A program made the position numbers and the translations under genes. A stretch of DNA of 64,000 nt from a virus (lineage: Duplodnaviria > Caudoviricetes), in IMG/VR virus record IMGVR_UViG_3300033076_000593, positions 3,719 to 67,718 of that record; one strand, given 5' to 3'. Numbering within the stretch: the stretch's first letter is position 1; every line of letters starts with the position of its first letter. Positions 1 through 7,961 of this stretch are shown here, piece after piece. Below the pieces are notes generated by a model. It was not told the origin of the DNA. It searched no databases and saw only the letters and a list, made by a program, of their open reading frames with translations.

Positions 1-12
1 AGAGAGAAAATC

Positions 13-73
13 TGAAACGCTCGGAGAGGTATGCTCGTGAGAGGTATCTAGGGGTTCGAGTCCCCACGTTTCG
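13..73 (+). ncRNA. truncated tRNA-like element (acceptor stem plus T-arm, no normal D/anticodon arms)
   Basis: tgaaacg 13-19 pairs with cgtttcg 67-73; gggg-TTCGAGT-cccc T-arm at 51-65; only 31 nt between acceptor 5' strand and T-arm. Confidence 0.4.
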
Positions 74-97
74 CTAACCATTTAAATCAATAAAGCC

Positions 98-205
98 ATG
101 GAGACTAAAATCTTAAGAATCGAGGGGAACTTTGAAGTAATCGGGTTCTTCATCAACGGAGTATTAGTACGCACTACGAAGAGACGTGTATACTCTTGGA
201 ACTAA
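98..205 (+). CDS. small hypothetical protein (35 aa, METKILRIEG...)
   Basis: Read by eye; ATG after A-rich leader, TAA at 203-205; below ORF-track cutoff. Confidence 0.5.
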   Translation: METKILRIEGNFEVIGFFINGVLVRTTKRRVYSWN

Positions 206-231
206 ACAATAACCATTTAATACCTAATGCC

Positions 232-396
232 ATGAAACGCACGCAAACAATCGAGGTCGTTCTATTCAGCATGATGCTGTTCAGCACGCTAGTTATCTTC
301 ACATCTATGGTAATGAGAGACGTTACCATATTCGGGATGGGGTTCGTAGCCTTCCTTTACTCAGCAATCGCACTAATTGTAACCCTTAAAAAGTAG
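232..396 (+). CDS. small two-TM membrane protein
   Basis: ATG at 232 follows the same taacc/A-rich leader as neighbours; two hydrophobic segments. Confidence 0.65.
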   Translation: MKRTQTIEVVLFSMMLFSTLVIFTSMVMRDVTIFGMGFVAFLYSAIALIVTLKK

Positions 397-401
397 AAAT
401 C

Positions 402-785
402 ATGGAGATTAAATTAACACACGAGGAGTCGGAGAAAATCTTCCACAACTCACTATGCAATGGACACCAAATCGCTTACTACGGCCTTGAGCTAGACTAC
501 AGCGATGAGGAATACGAGAATGCTATGCAACGCCTGATAGACAGGGACGAAAGCCGTTGCCTAGAGGACGTTTGGATGGAGATGCTGAGAGGCGGTGCAA
601 CGCTGACTCTTGTCGACAACGAGAACGGGGAGGAACCCTCGGTAATCACCTTGGCCGATGTACATGAGCGTGTACAGACAGCCCCTGTACGCCATCTGTT
701 GGATGCCGTTAACGAGCAGGATGACGGGGACACAGCGGACGTGATTCTTCAGACAGTTTTTTACCAAGATGTAATATTCGGATAA
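402..785 (+). CDS. acidic early hypothetical protein
   Basis: 127-aa ORF in tight operon; C-terminal DxADVILQ...FG motif. Confidence 0.75.
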   Translation: MEIKLTHEESEKIFHNSLCNGHQIAYYGLELDYSDEEYENAMQRLIDRDESRCLEDVWMEMLRGGATLTLVDNENGEEPSVITLADVHERVQTAPVRHLLDAVNEQDDGDTADVILQTVFYQDVIFG

Positions 786-797
786 ACAAAAATGGGA

Positions 798-892
798 GAG
801 TGGAGTGCATCACAGGGAGGGTAATCATGTTATGTGAGCATGAAGCAACTGTAATGGTGCAGTAGCTGAAAGACGCCTATGCACTTCCGCTT
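798..892 (+). ncRNA. structured intergenic RNA with SAM-I (S-box)-like sequence elements
   Basis: Long outer stem 798-810/879-892, inner hairpins at 826-842 and 845-866; ordered ATC, GGAGGG, ATGAAGC, GCAAC, AATGGTGC, GCTGAAAGAC. Confidence 0.45.
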
Positions 893-920
893 GACCTTAA
901 CCCTTTAAAACCTAGAAGCT

Positions 921-1211
921 ATGAACAAGCAAAATGTGGATGACCAAATCAGAGACTTCATCGAGTACGCTTACTCGGATGAGGCGGATAGACAAAGGAT
1001 GTTTAACGTCCTACAGGACTACATGGACGAGGTATACCAAGAGCCTAGAGAGGTAATGGTATTCACCTTCGATGTGCGAAATGGACAGGACATCTTTTGG
1101 AAGAAAGCGGTCATGGATATGTCTCCGACAGCGGAGTACATTCCTGCCGAGGAATTACACCTGTGGGTGGCTAAGTACCGAGGCTATGGATGGGAGGTAA
1201 AGGTTAACTGA
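921..1211 (+). CDS. early hypothetical protein
   Basis: 96-aa ORF; its TGA lies within the hammerhead core CTGACGA. Confidence 0.75.
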   Translation: MNKQNVDDQIRDFIEYAYSDEADRQRMFNVLQDYMDEVYQEPREVMVFTFDVRNGQDIFWKKAVMDMSPTAEYIPAEELHLWVAKYRGYGWEVKVN

Positions 1212-1274
1212 CGAGTCTTCAGGAGACGAAAGGATTAAATGTGGTATCACAGCCCTACGGGGTTCCTCTTAACC
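1202..1274 (+). ncRNA. type I hammerhead ribozyme
   Basis: Stem I ggttaa 1202-07/ttaacc 1269-74; core CTGACGA 1208-14; stem II gtct/agac; GAAA 1228-31; stem III agga/tcct; cleavage triplet CUC ending at 1268. Confidence 0.85.
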
Positions 1275-1289
1275 ATTAACATTAAACAC

Positions 1290-1634
1290 ATGGAGAGCAT
1301 GAACGTATTTCAACTGAACATCGGGCTTAACAACAACCCGTACGACTTCGAAACAATTACTAACGCACTGAGACACGCCTTCGAAGGGGAGGTAGTGGAG
1401 ACACGGGAACACATCGGAGAGTGGGAGGGTAATCCTGAGCCAACATTGGTCGCTAAGATTGTGACAGCGATGGACTCCGAGAGTGCCGAGATTCTAACGC
1501 AGGCGATGGCCCTCAAGTTCACACAGGACTGCATCGGAATGAAGTTCAACGATGAGGGTGTGCTAGTGTATAGCCCTGATTACAGGGGAGTGGAGAGGTA
1601 CTCATTCAACGCTGAGTATTTCGTAGAACTATGA
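1290..1634 (+). CDS. putative SAM lyase (T3 SAMase-like anti-restriction protein)
   Basis: GEWEGNPEPTLV and KFTQDCIG resemble the T3 SAMase GCYRE..EEKTV and EWEQDCVLV motifs (recalled); ATG 1290 preferred over 1239, which lies inside the ribozyme. Confidence 0.6.
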   Translation: MESMNVFQLNIGLNNNPYDFETITNALRHAFEGEVVETREHIGEWEGNPEPTLVAKIVTAMDSESAEILTQAMALKFTQDCIGMKFNDEGVLVYSPDYRGVERYSFNAEYFVEL

Positions 1635-1891
1635 ACCAAATAAAATTTACAGCCATGAATACCGAAGAGCAATTGAGACACCGACTAGCTATGGTCGAAG
1701 AGGACCTGAGAGTAATCAGGGAGTTTATCTACATTCAGGGATTGTCTAAGACGTTCGAGGAATCAACGCCATTCTCGGATGAGGCTTGGACTCACCTGAA
1801 CAACATCGATATCGCCTGCGACCTGAACAATGGCGAGTCGCTTACATGGAAACGATTTACTAACTTCAATAAAGAAACACGCACGTTATGA
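1631..1891 (+). CDS. early hypothetical protein
   Basis: ATGA-coupled ORF. Confidence 0.7.
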   Translation: MNQIKFTAMNTEEQLRHRLAMVEEDLRVIREFIYIQGLSKTFEESTPFSDEAWTHLNNIDIACDLNNGESLTWKRFTNFNKETRTL

Positions 1892-2169
1892 GCAGAATCA
1901 CCAAACTTCAGAAACAAATCGCTGACGCACACATCAAGGCGAGCAGAGACGAATCATTCACCAACCCTAAGGTATCATCGATGGAGGAAATGGGGCTGGC
2001 CATGATAAACGGAGAGACCTTCAAGTTCCTGTATGAAGAGATTGCCTTCCGATACGCATCGATGACTAGCCTGATGATGGCTAGCGTGTTGGACCACGAG
2101 AGCAAGTCGTACACACAGGCTGTGTACAAGGGCTTCAAGAACGTACTTAATTCAGTAAACATTAAATAA
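1888..2169 (+). CDS. early hypothetical protein
   Basis: ATGA-coupled ORF. Confidence 0.7.
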   Translation: MSRITKLQKQIADAHIKASRDESFTNPKVSSMEEMGLAMINGETFKFLYEEIAFRYASMTSLMMASVLDHESKSYTQAVYKGFKNVLNSVNIK

Positions 2170-2177
2170 TAAAAGTC

Positions 2178-2390
2178 ATGAAACCGAGTTACCACAACAT
2201 GAAGATGCCGATGGTGAAAGGTATACTAACCTACCCATGCAGAGCCAAGGTAGAATTGAGAGTTCAAATCTACGGAAGAGTGATTGTCTCGATCTTGAAT
2301 TTTAATGACGAGCAACACGTTAGAAACTACGTCAAGTTGATGTATCGCAAGAACAACATGGACGTGCTGACAATTGAGAAACTTAATTAA
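2178..2390 (+). CDS. early hypothetical protein
   Basis: 70-aa ORF with A-rich leader. Confidence 0.65.
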   Translation: MKPSYHNMKMPMVKGILTYPCRAKVELRVQIYGRVIVSILNFNDEQHVRNYVKLMYRKNNMDVLTIEKLN

Positions 2391-2401
2391 CCCCATAACC
2401 C

Positions 2402-2845
2402 ATGAACACTAAAGGACACGTTTATCTGCGGATAAACACACACTACACCGCGACAATTCGCACGCTAGATAACCTACCTGATTACTTAGACAGCCTAGAT
2501 GTTGATAGTAGTTTTGGAGAGGTGGTTGAGGTATCCAACGTCAACAAGGAATTCTTGAATCAGGTAAGGTCTGCTGTGGAGGGGAAGAAGAGCAAGATGA
2601 ATCAGCCCCTTCTAGGTAAGCAGGTCTTCGTGTACAGGAATCAGGCGTATAGAGAGGGTAGAGTGGTCGCTGTGAATGGACAGCACCTCTTGGTTGAATA
2701 CGTCATGCCAAAGGGTACATCAGCGTTGAACCTTATCAAGGGTATCGATGATGCCGACAACTACAGGACAATAACTTACAGGGAAGCCTCGTTACAATTC
2801 GCAGGCTTGGATATGAACTTACTAATTAATAACCCACAAAAATGA
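2402..2845 (+). CDS. early hypothetical protein, possible SH3/KOW-like C-terminal domain
   Basis: GKQVFVY...EGRVVAVNGQHLLVEY beta pattern. Confidence 0.7.
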   Translation: MNTKGHVYLRINTHYTATIRTLDNLPDYLDSLDVDSSFGEVVEVSNVNKEFLNQVRSAVEGKKSKMNQPLLGKQVFVYRNQAYREGRVVAVNGQHLLVEYVMPKGTSALNLIKGIDDADNYRTITYREASLQFAGLDMNLLINNPQK

Positions 2846-3153
2846 ACACCATGGAAAAAATGAAATGGGCTAGAATGGATTCGGCCACAGGTAAAGGAAT
2901 GAACGAGGGATTCTGCGTTAACGATGGAGATGCTTACTTCGTAGACAAAGCAGACCTAGTTAAGTACCTGAGAGAGGAGATGAATGTTGACGAGAACAAC
3001 GAACTATCGGACGAGTTCATCTTGGAAGAGAGTTATCAGGAGGAGGAGGAAGGGTACTACTACTACACCGAGTGGGACGTGGAAGACGAGGAGTATTGGT
3101 ACGAGGAACAGGAGGACGGAACGCTCAAAGAAGTTTGGGCTGATGAATTATAA
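2842..3153 (+). CDS. highly acidic, aromatic-rich early protein
   Basis: EESYQEEEEGYYYYTEWDVEDEEYWYEEQED. Confidence 0.75.
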   Translation: MNTMEKMKWARMDSATGKGMNEGFCVNDGDAYFVDKADLVKYLREEMNVDENNELSDEFILEESYQEEEEGYYYYTEWDVEDEEYWYEEQEDGTLKEVWADEL

Positions 3154-3179
3154 ATTAATAACCATAAATAACTAACGCC

Positions 3180-3560
3180 ATGAACACACAACAAGTAACA
3201 AAGGAAGACCTTTTCGCAATCATTAACAAGCTAGCCATTCAGGTACGAGATGACCTAGCTGAACACATGACATTCTCGGATAATGAAGACACGCTAGAGG
3301 CGGTAAAGACCATTGTCAAGCTAGCCCAACTTCATGACTATGATTGGAGTTATCCCTTCAGCGAGGGCGATACCTACTACACTATCGAACACGATACTAT
3401 TGTCGAGTCGGTGTGGGACGAAGAGAGTAATGAACTATACCTGAGTAACGGGAATAGAATCTACAACTACTCAGACCAACAGTACTTCAGCAGTCTAGAC
3501 GAGGCTGTGACCTACTTTAAAAGTAAAACTAAAACAACCCCTAAAATTTCATTGCTATGA
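3180..3560 (+). CDS. early hypothetical protein
   Basis: 126-aa ORF in operon. Confidence 0.7.
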   Translation: MNTQQVTKEDLFAIINKLAIQVRDDLAEHMTFSDNEDTLEAVKTIVKLAQLHDYDWSYPFSEGDTYYTIEHDTIVESVWDEESNELYLSNGNRIYNYSDQQYFSSLDEAVTYFKSKTKTTPKISLL

Positions 3561-3784
3561 ACGTACTAACAATTAAGAAACGCCCGATGCAGGAACACAT
3601 TGGAGGCAGTCAGGACATCGTATTCCACACCCGTAACAAGGCCCTGTCTAGATTCTTCGAGATGACTGACGAGATGGGCTACGAGGTGGAAGTAAGCTAC
3701 CAAAACAATGCTGTCCTGTATGAATCAGGAGGCAGAGGCCATGACTATAGAATCCAACTTGAACTAACAAACGTATTAGTATGA
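3557..3784 (+). CDS. early hypothetical protein
   Basis: ATGA-coupled ORF. Confidence 0.7.
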   Translation: MNVLTIKKRPMQEHIGGSQDIVFHTRNKALSRFFEMTDEMGYEVEVSYQNNAVLYESGGRGHDYRIQLELTNVLV

Positions 3785-3960
3785 AAGAAACAACATTCTT
3801 CTTCAACGAGGTTGGAGAGACATGCACTATCGAGGTGCATCTGAACCGCAAGCTAGACTATAGGAAGACATTCACCAAGGTGACATCATTCTCTGAGGCA
3901 GTTGCCAAGTATGAGCAGTGGAAAAAAGACCAAGAAACATTTAAATCCGTAATGATATGA
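3781..3960 (+). CDS. small hypothetical protein (59 aa, MKETTFFFNE...)
   Basis: Read by eye; ATGA overlaps at both ends. Confidence 0.65.
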   Translation: MKETTFFFNEVGETCTIEVHLNRKLDYRKTFTKVTSFSEAVAKYEQWKKDQETFKSVMI

Positions 3961-4247
3961 ACGAACAAGAATTTCTGGACTTCATGTACAAAGAGTACAT
4001 CGAGGTAATCGCAATGACTCAGCAGGTTTGTCCAATAACTTATGAACTATTGGATTATAAAACATGTGTAGTTATTGATGCATATGATGGTGATACTCTG
4101 AAAGATACGCAAGCACTATCGCCCAATGCTATTGCCGAGGACAGCCTGAGAATAATCATAACCGACTTTGCGATTATGAGAATGCGACCTGTTTTCCTAT
4201 CTTTGAACCCACTATTAAAAGACACAATCAAATCACTAAACAATTAA
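3957..4247 (+). CDS. early hypothetical protein
   Basis: ATGA-coupled ORF. Confidence 0.7.
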   Translation: MNEQEFLDFMYKEYIEVIAMTQQVCPITYELLDYKTCVVIDAYDGDTLKDTQALSPNAIAEDSLRIIITDFAIMRMRPVFLSLNPLLKDTIKSLNN

Positions 4248-4251
4248 TCCT

Positions 4252-4410
4252 ATGGAACGAGACGAGAAAATCATTGTCGGATGCGTAGCTGTGCTTATTG
4301 CCACGATATACTTCAGCATCCTGTTTAACATGAAGGCTATAGCCATAGCGAGCATGCTTATGCTAGTCGCTGCCTTCCTAGTCGCACAACTTATCGAATC
4401 ATTTAAATAA
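4252..4410 (+). CDS. small two-TM membrane protein (52 aa)
   Basis: Read by eye; MERDEKIIVGCVAVLIATIYF...; fills the gap between neighbours. Confidence 0.6.
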   Translation: MERDEKIIVGCVAVLIATIYFSILFNMKAIAIASMLMLVAAFLVAQLIESFK

Positions 4411-4423
4411 ACCAAATACACCC

Positions 4424-4831
4424 ATGAAAACACAAATCGAAAAACTAATTAGCATCGCACGCAATGTTGCAGACATGCACGAGAACTACTCAATCATTGG
4501 AGAGATAGTTAGACACACCCCTAATGTACGGGTACACCAAATGAATGTCGAGAAGGAGAAGGAGTATACCTCAGTATACTTCAACTTCGGTGAGTATGAG
4601 TTCAAGGTTAACTTCTCAAATTACCGAGGAGTCACCTTAGAGTTCCAATACGCAACAAACATTGAGCAGGCACTTGAATCTCTCACATCTGCCGTGTTGG
4701 AATCCCTATCTGCATGGCACGAGAATTATCAGGAAGACATGGCTCGAATCAAGAGAGAGGCTCTTGAGAAGAGAAAGGAAGCATTGATTAAACTAACGAA
4801 CGAGATAAACGATATGGAGGGCAAATTATGA
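4424..4831 (+). CDS. early hypothetical protein with C-terminal coiled coil
   Basis: 135-aa ORF. Confidence 0.7.
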   Translation: MKTQIEKLISIARNVADMHENYSIIGEIVRHTPNVRVHQMNVEKEKEYTSVYFNFGEYEFKVNFSNYRGVTLEFQYATNIEQALESLTSAVLESLSAWHENYQEDMARIKREALEKRKEALIKLTNEINDMEGKL

Positions 4832-5115
4832 AATACTTTGTAAAAGACATCGCAGACCAAGTAATGTTGGACGTATATCCATCAGGAAGGCTTCTGGCTT
4901 TCGAGTCGGTACATGTTGTCGACTGCGGTAAGAAAGATATTAAAGTTCACCTGCAAGGATTCGTGAACATGGATGAGGAGAACCTCACGCTAACATCAGC
5001 ATCTTACACGGACGAGAACGTGTACATGGATACCGATGAAGACTCACCTGAAGATTGGAACGAGTTCGATGAGAGCGAGGTTATCTATCTAGAAAAGCAT
5101 TTACAATACTCGTAG
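4828..5115 (+). CDS. acidic early hypothetical protein
   Basis: Last ORF before terminator. Confidence 0.7.
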   Translation: MKYFVKDIADQVMLDVYPSGRLLAFESVHVVDCGKKDIKVHLQGFVNMDEENLTLTSASYTDENVYMDTDEDSPEDWNEFDESEVIYLEKHLQYS

Positions 5116-5138
5116 TTCATGGGTAAATTGGTTAGAAG

Positions 5139-5172
5139 AAGGGGAGTAGACTTGGTCTATTCCCTTTTTTTG
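5139..5172 (+). terminator. intrinsic terminator ending the early operon
   Basis: aaggggagtagac-ttg-gtctattccctt hairpin followed by T-tract. Confidence 0.8.
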
Positions 5173-5179
5173 TTTTCAC

Positions 5180-5187
5180 TATCTTTG
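5180..5187 (+). promoter_or_regulatory. Bacteroidota-type -7 promoter box
   Basis: TATCTTTG just after terminator. Confidence 0.6.
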
Positions 5188-5234
5188 TAATCAATAGGTT
5201 AAACACTATTTCATTAATATAAATACACACGCAC

Positions 5235-5366
5235 ATGAATAAGCAGATATCACCCCGTAAAAACAACGCGACCTATGCAGTGGTATACATGATGATTGCT
5301 TTTAGAAAGCTTAGCAAAATCAATATCCAGAACGCATTTATCGCAAAAAAAATTGGCCGTTTATGA
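5235..5366 (+). CDS. small basic hypothetical protein (43 aa)
   Basis: Read by eye; ATGA-coupled to 5363. Confidence 0.5.
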   Translation: MNKQISPRKNNATYAVVYMMIAFRKLSKINIQNAFIAKKIGRL

Positions 5367-5686
5367 TAGTAAGAGAAACCATTCAAGAGGGGACGTTAAA
5401 GCAGAATAAGAACTACCCAATAGAGATACCTAAGCATGTTTTAGACCACCTTATTTCATCATGTAGGTCACATGCAGACGTATTAAACATGCACTATATC
5501 TGTAACAAGCAGAAACTTCCGACAAGATTTATGAACGACCTGATCATAAGAAAGAAGCCTCTGAGGAACAGAGAGAAGATAGATTTAATGTTAGAGGGGC
5601 TAATCAACTACTGCAACGAGGTAGAGGAATTGCGCCTCAAGATTCAAAAGATAATAGATGAAATCGGTACACAAGACAAGGGCTAA
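5363..5686 (+). CDS. hypothetical protein
   Basis: 107-aa ORF. Confidence 0.7.
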   Translation: MIVRETIQEGTLKQNKNYPIEIPKHVLDHLISSCRSHADVLNMHYICNKQKLPTRFMNDLIIRKKPLRNREKIDLMLEGLINYCNEVEELRLKIQKIIDEIGTQDKG

Positions 5687-5897
5687 ATGGCTAATCTATT
5701 TTGCCAATAAGAACATCAATCCAAAGAAAGCACTGCTTGTATTCAGGCCAGAATATGACAAGGCCGATATAAGCAGGATGATGTCACTCTTCTTCGGCAC
5801 ACCTAAATTTACCGAGGCCGACATAGAAGACTGGAGAGCAATTAAGAAATGCATAGAACGAACTGAAGACAGAAACAATGGCAAACTTTTCTCGTAG
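5658..5897 (+). CDS. hypothetical protein
   Basis: 79-aa ORF overlapping neighbours. Confidence 0.6.
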   Translation: MKSVHKTRAKWLIYFANKNINPKKALLVFRPEYDKADISRMMSLFFGTPKFTEADIEDWRAIKKCIERTEDRNNGKLFS

Positions 5898-6165
5898 TAA
5901 TAAGTATAGAAGTCGTGCCGAGAAGTACATGGAGATAGACAACCTGCACAAGAGGGTTGTTGCCATACTAATCAAAAGCGGACTAAGGAATGATTCCAAG
6001 GCTTATCTGGCCTTTGACCTTGCTCTCTACCCTATGGATATTGATCAGAGGAGAAAGATTCTGAAGAAGATATTCAGCCCTGACGGAAGGGAGATTAAGG
6101 AGGAACATAAACATCACATAGAATTGTTAGAAACTTTTTTCGAAAGGAATTGTAAAAGTTTGTAA
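5878..6165 (+). CDS. hypothetical protein
   Basis: 95-aa ORF. Confidence 0.65.
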   Translation: MANFSRSNKYRSRAEKYMEIDNLHKRVVAILIKSGLRNDSKAYLAFDLALYPMDIDQRRKILKKIFSPDGREIKEEHKHHIELLETFFERNCKSL

Positions 6166-6181
6166 TTCTTTTGTATATTTG
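6150..6181 (+). promoter_or_regulatory. Bacteroidota-type promoter for the recombination operon
   Basis: TTG at 6150-52 and TATATTTG at 6174-81 (21-nt spacer). Confidence 0.7.
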
Positions 6182-6206
6182 TATAAACCAATAAAAAATA
6201 AATCAC

Positions 6207-6395
6207 ATGAGCGACTACTGCCGTTATTGCGATTCGGACCAAATAGAGGAACGAATTGCTGAAATCAAAAGAACAAGCATTGTTTACGAAGACTGGGACG
6301 ATAGCGATGTTCAAGACCTATTCGAAGATGAGATAGGGCTGTGCTACGAATGCACTAAGGAAGAAGATGCAGACTTCGAGAGAGACGATTATTAA
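6207..6395 (+). CDS. small acidic zinc-finger-like protein
   Basis: CRYC and CYEC pairs, D/E-rich. Confidence 0.7.
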   Translation: MSDYCRYCDSDQIEERIAEIKRTSIVYEDWDDSDVQDLFEDEIGLCYECTKEEDADFERDDY

Positions 6396-6414
6396 TAAGT
6401 AAATTACACACAAA

Positions 6415-7284
6415 ATGTCAAACATAACAATTTCACCAAAGACGGTTATGCCGTTCATCGAACCTCGCAAAGAGGAAATGATTAAAATGATGGGAGGAGA
6501 AGAGGTCCTCATGAGAGAGATGTCTTTCGCCATCCAAGCCGCTAACAACAACCAAGTGTTAGCGAATTCTAACCCACAATCAGTTGCAATGGCTGTGTTC
6601 AACTGCGCCTTGACAAAGCTATCTCTGAACCCTGTGATGAACTTGGCCTACCTAGTTCCATTCAAGGGCAACGCGAAGCTAATGCCAGGATATCAGGGGA
6701 TGATTAAGCTTATCTCTGACACGGGAATTATCAAGGCTGTATCTTCAGCAGTAGTGTATCGAGGGGACGAGTTCGACTTTGTTCAGGGAACAAATCCTGA
6801 GATTATCCACAAGCCGAAGGGAGAGACCTTCAAGGACAGCGATGTCATAGCAGTGTACGCAATCTTCGTACTACACAATGACGAGAAACTATTCGAGATT
6901 ATGTGGAAGCCTCAGATTGATGCCATCAAGAATCGCTCAGAGACTGGCCGTAAAGATATCGGCCCATGGTCTACAGACTATGCAGAGATGGCACGCAAGA
7001 CAGTTGTCAAGAGAGGCTGGAAGTCTATACCTAAGTCATCTTTCGCCTTGGATAAGATTGAGAAGGTTAACACAGCCATCAGCATCGACAACGAGGAGTA
7101 CAAGACTGTCGAGTATGTTAAAATGAGCGAGGAGCAGATTGAACGCCTGCTAGACAAGACTACCAACGTAATAGAGCTAGAGGCCGCACTGTCTGACGAA
7201 TCGGTAATGATCGATCCTGAACAGAAGAAGGAAATCATTGAGAAAGCAAAATCTAAAAATAAAAAAGGAGGTGACAATGAGTAA
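6415..7284 (+). CDS. recT: RecT-family single-strand annealing recombinase
   Basis: LSLNP..AYLVPF...PGYQGMIKL, VVYRGDEF, PWSTDYAEMARKTVVKR motifs. Confidence 0.9.
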   Translation: MSNITISPKTVMPFIEPRKEEMIKMMGGEEVLMREMSFAIQAANNNQVLANSNPQSVAMAVFNCALTKLSLNPVMNLAYLVPFKGNAKLMPGYQGMIKLISDTGIIKAVSSAVVYRGDEFDFVQGTNPEIIHKPKGETFKDSDVIAVYAIFVLHNDEKLFEIMWKPQIDAIKNRSETGRKDIGPWSTDYAEMARKTVVKRGWKSIPKSSFALDKIEKVNTAISIDNEEYKTVEYVKMSEEQIERLLDKTTNVIELEAALSDESVMIDPEQKKEIIEKAKSKNKKGGDNE

Positions 7285-7960
7285 CTTGTTAAATGAAATC
7301 TTAAAGGAACAAGCTATGGCCGCGGATCAGCGGTCACAGGCTTGGTTTAACGCTCGTGTAGGTAAGTTTACCTCATCAGAGATATATAAACTTCTGACTA
7401 ATCCTCAATCAAAAGAGGCCCGTGAGAAGGGAGAGATGTCTGAGACAGCCAAGGCATACATCATGTCTAAGGTTGCCGAAGAGATGGCTGGAATGGAGCA
7501 GACTACTAACTCAGCGGCTACGGACTGGGGCTTAGAACACGAGGCCGAAGCTTGCAATCTATATGCCGAGATGATGGAGTCTCATGTGGAATCGACTGGG
7601 TTCATACCATACGGAGAACATGCAGGTGGCTCACCTGACGGTATCTGCTCACGCTTCGGGGTAATAGAAATCAAATGCCCTTACAACTTCGAGAACCACA
7701 TCCAGAACCTACTCATAAAGGATGAGGCTGAGCTACTCAAGGAGAGAAAGGCTTACTGGTGGCAACTTCAAATGAACATGCTAGTAGCTGGCAAAGAAGA
7801 GGGGATGTTTATATCTTACGATCCTAGAATGGATGGCAAGAGTAAATTACAAATAATTCCCGTACATTTGCAAAGCAACACAAAAGAAGTAATTGACACA
7901 GTACTTGAGAAGGCAATAGCTTACAAGAGCATGCTAATTGAGAGAATTAAAAACAGATAG
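7277..7960 (+). CDS. YqaJ/lambda-exonuclease-like recombination nuclease
   Basis: W..AR.G..TSS, WG.EHE..A, GGSPDG, EIKCP, YWWQLQ; next to RecT. Confidence 0.9.
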   Translation: MSNLLNEILKEQAMAADQRSQAWFNARVGKFTSSEIYKLLTNPQSKEAREKGEMSETAKAYIMSKVAEEMAGMEQTTNSAATDWGLEHEAEACNLYAEMMESHVESTGFIPYGEHAGGSPDGICSRFGVIEIKCPYNFENHIQNLLIKDEAELLKERKAYWWQLQMNMLVAGKEEGMFISYDPRMDGKSKLQIIPVHLQSNTKEVIDTVLEKAIAYKSMLIERIKNR

Positions 7961-7961
7961 T

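Noticed and set aside
1239-1289. Upstream ATG extension of the SAM-lyase-like ORF
   Set aside because: It lies inside the hammerhead stem III; ATG 1290 has the typical A-rich leader.
7265-7273. Perfect Shine-Dalgarno AAGGAGGTG before the exonuclease
   Set aside because: It is a single case within the recT coding end (KGGD) and can be explained by chance in an otherwise SD-less genome.
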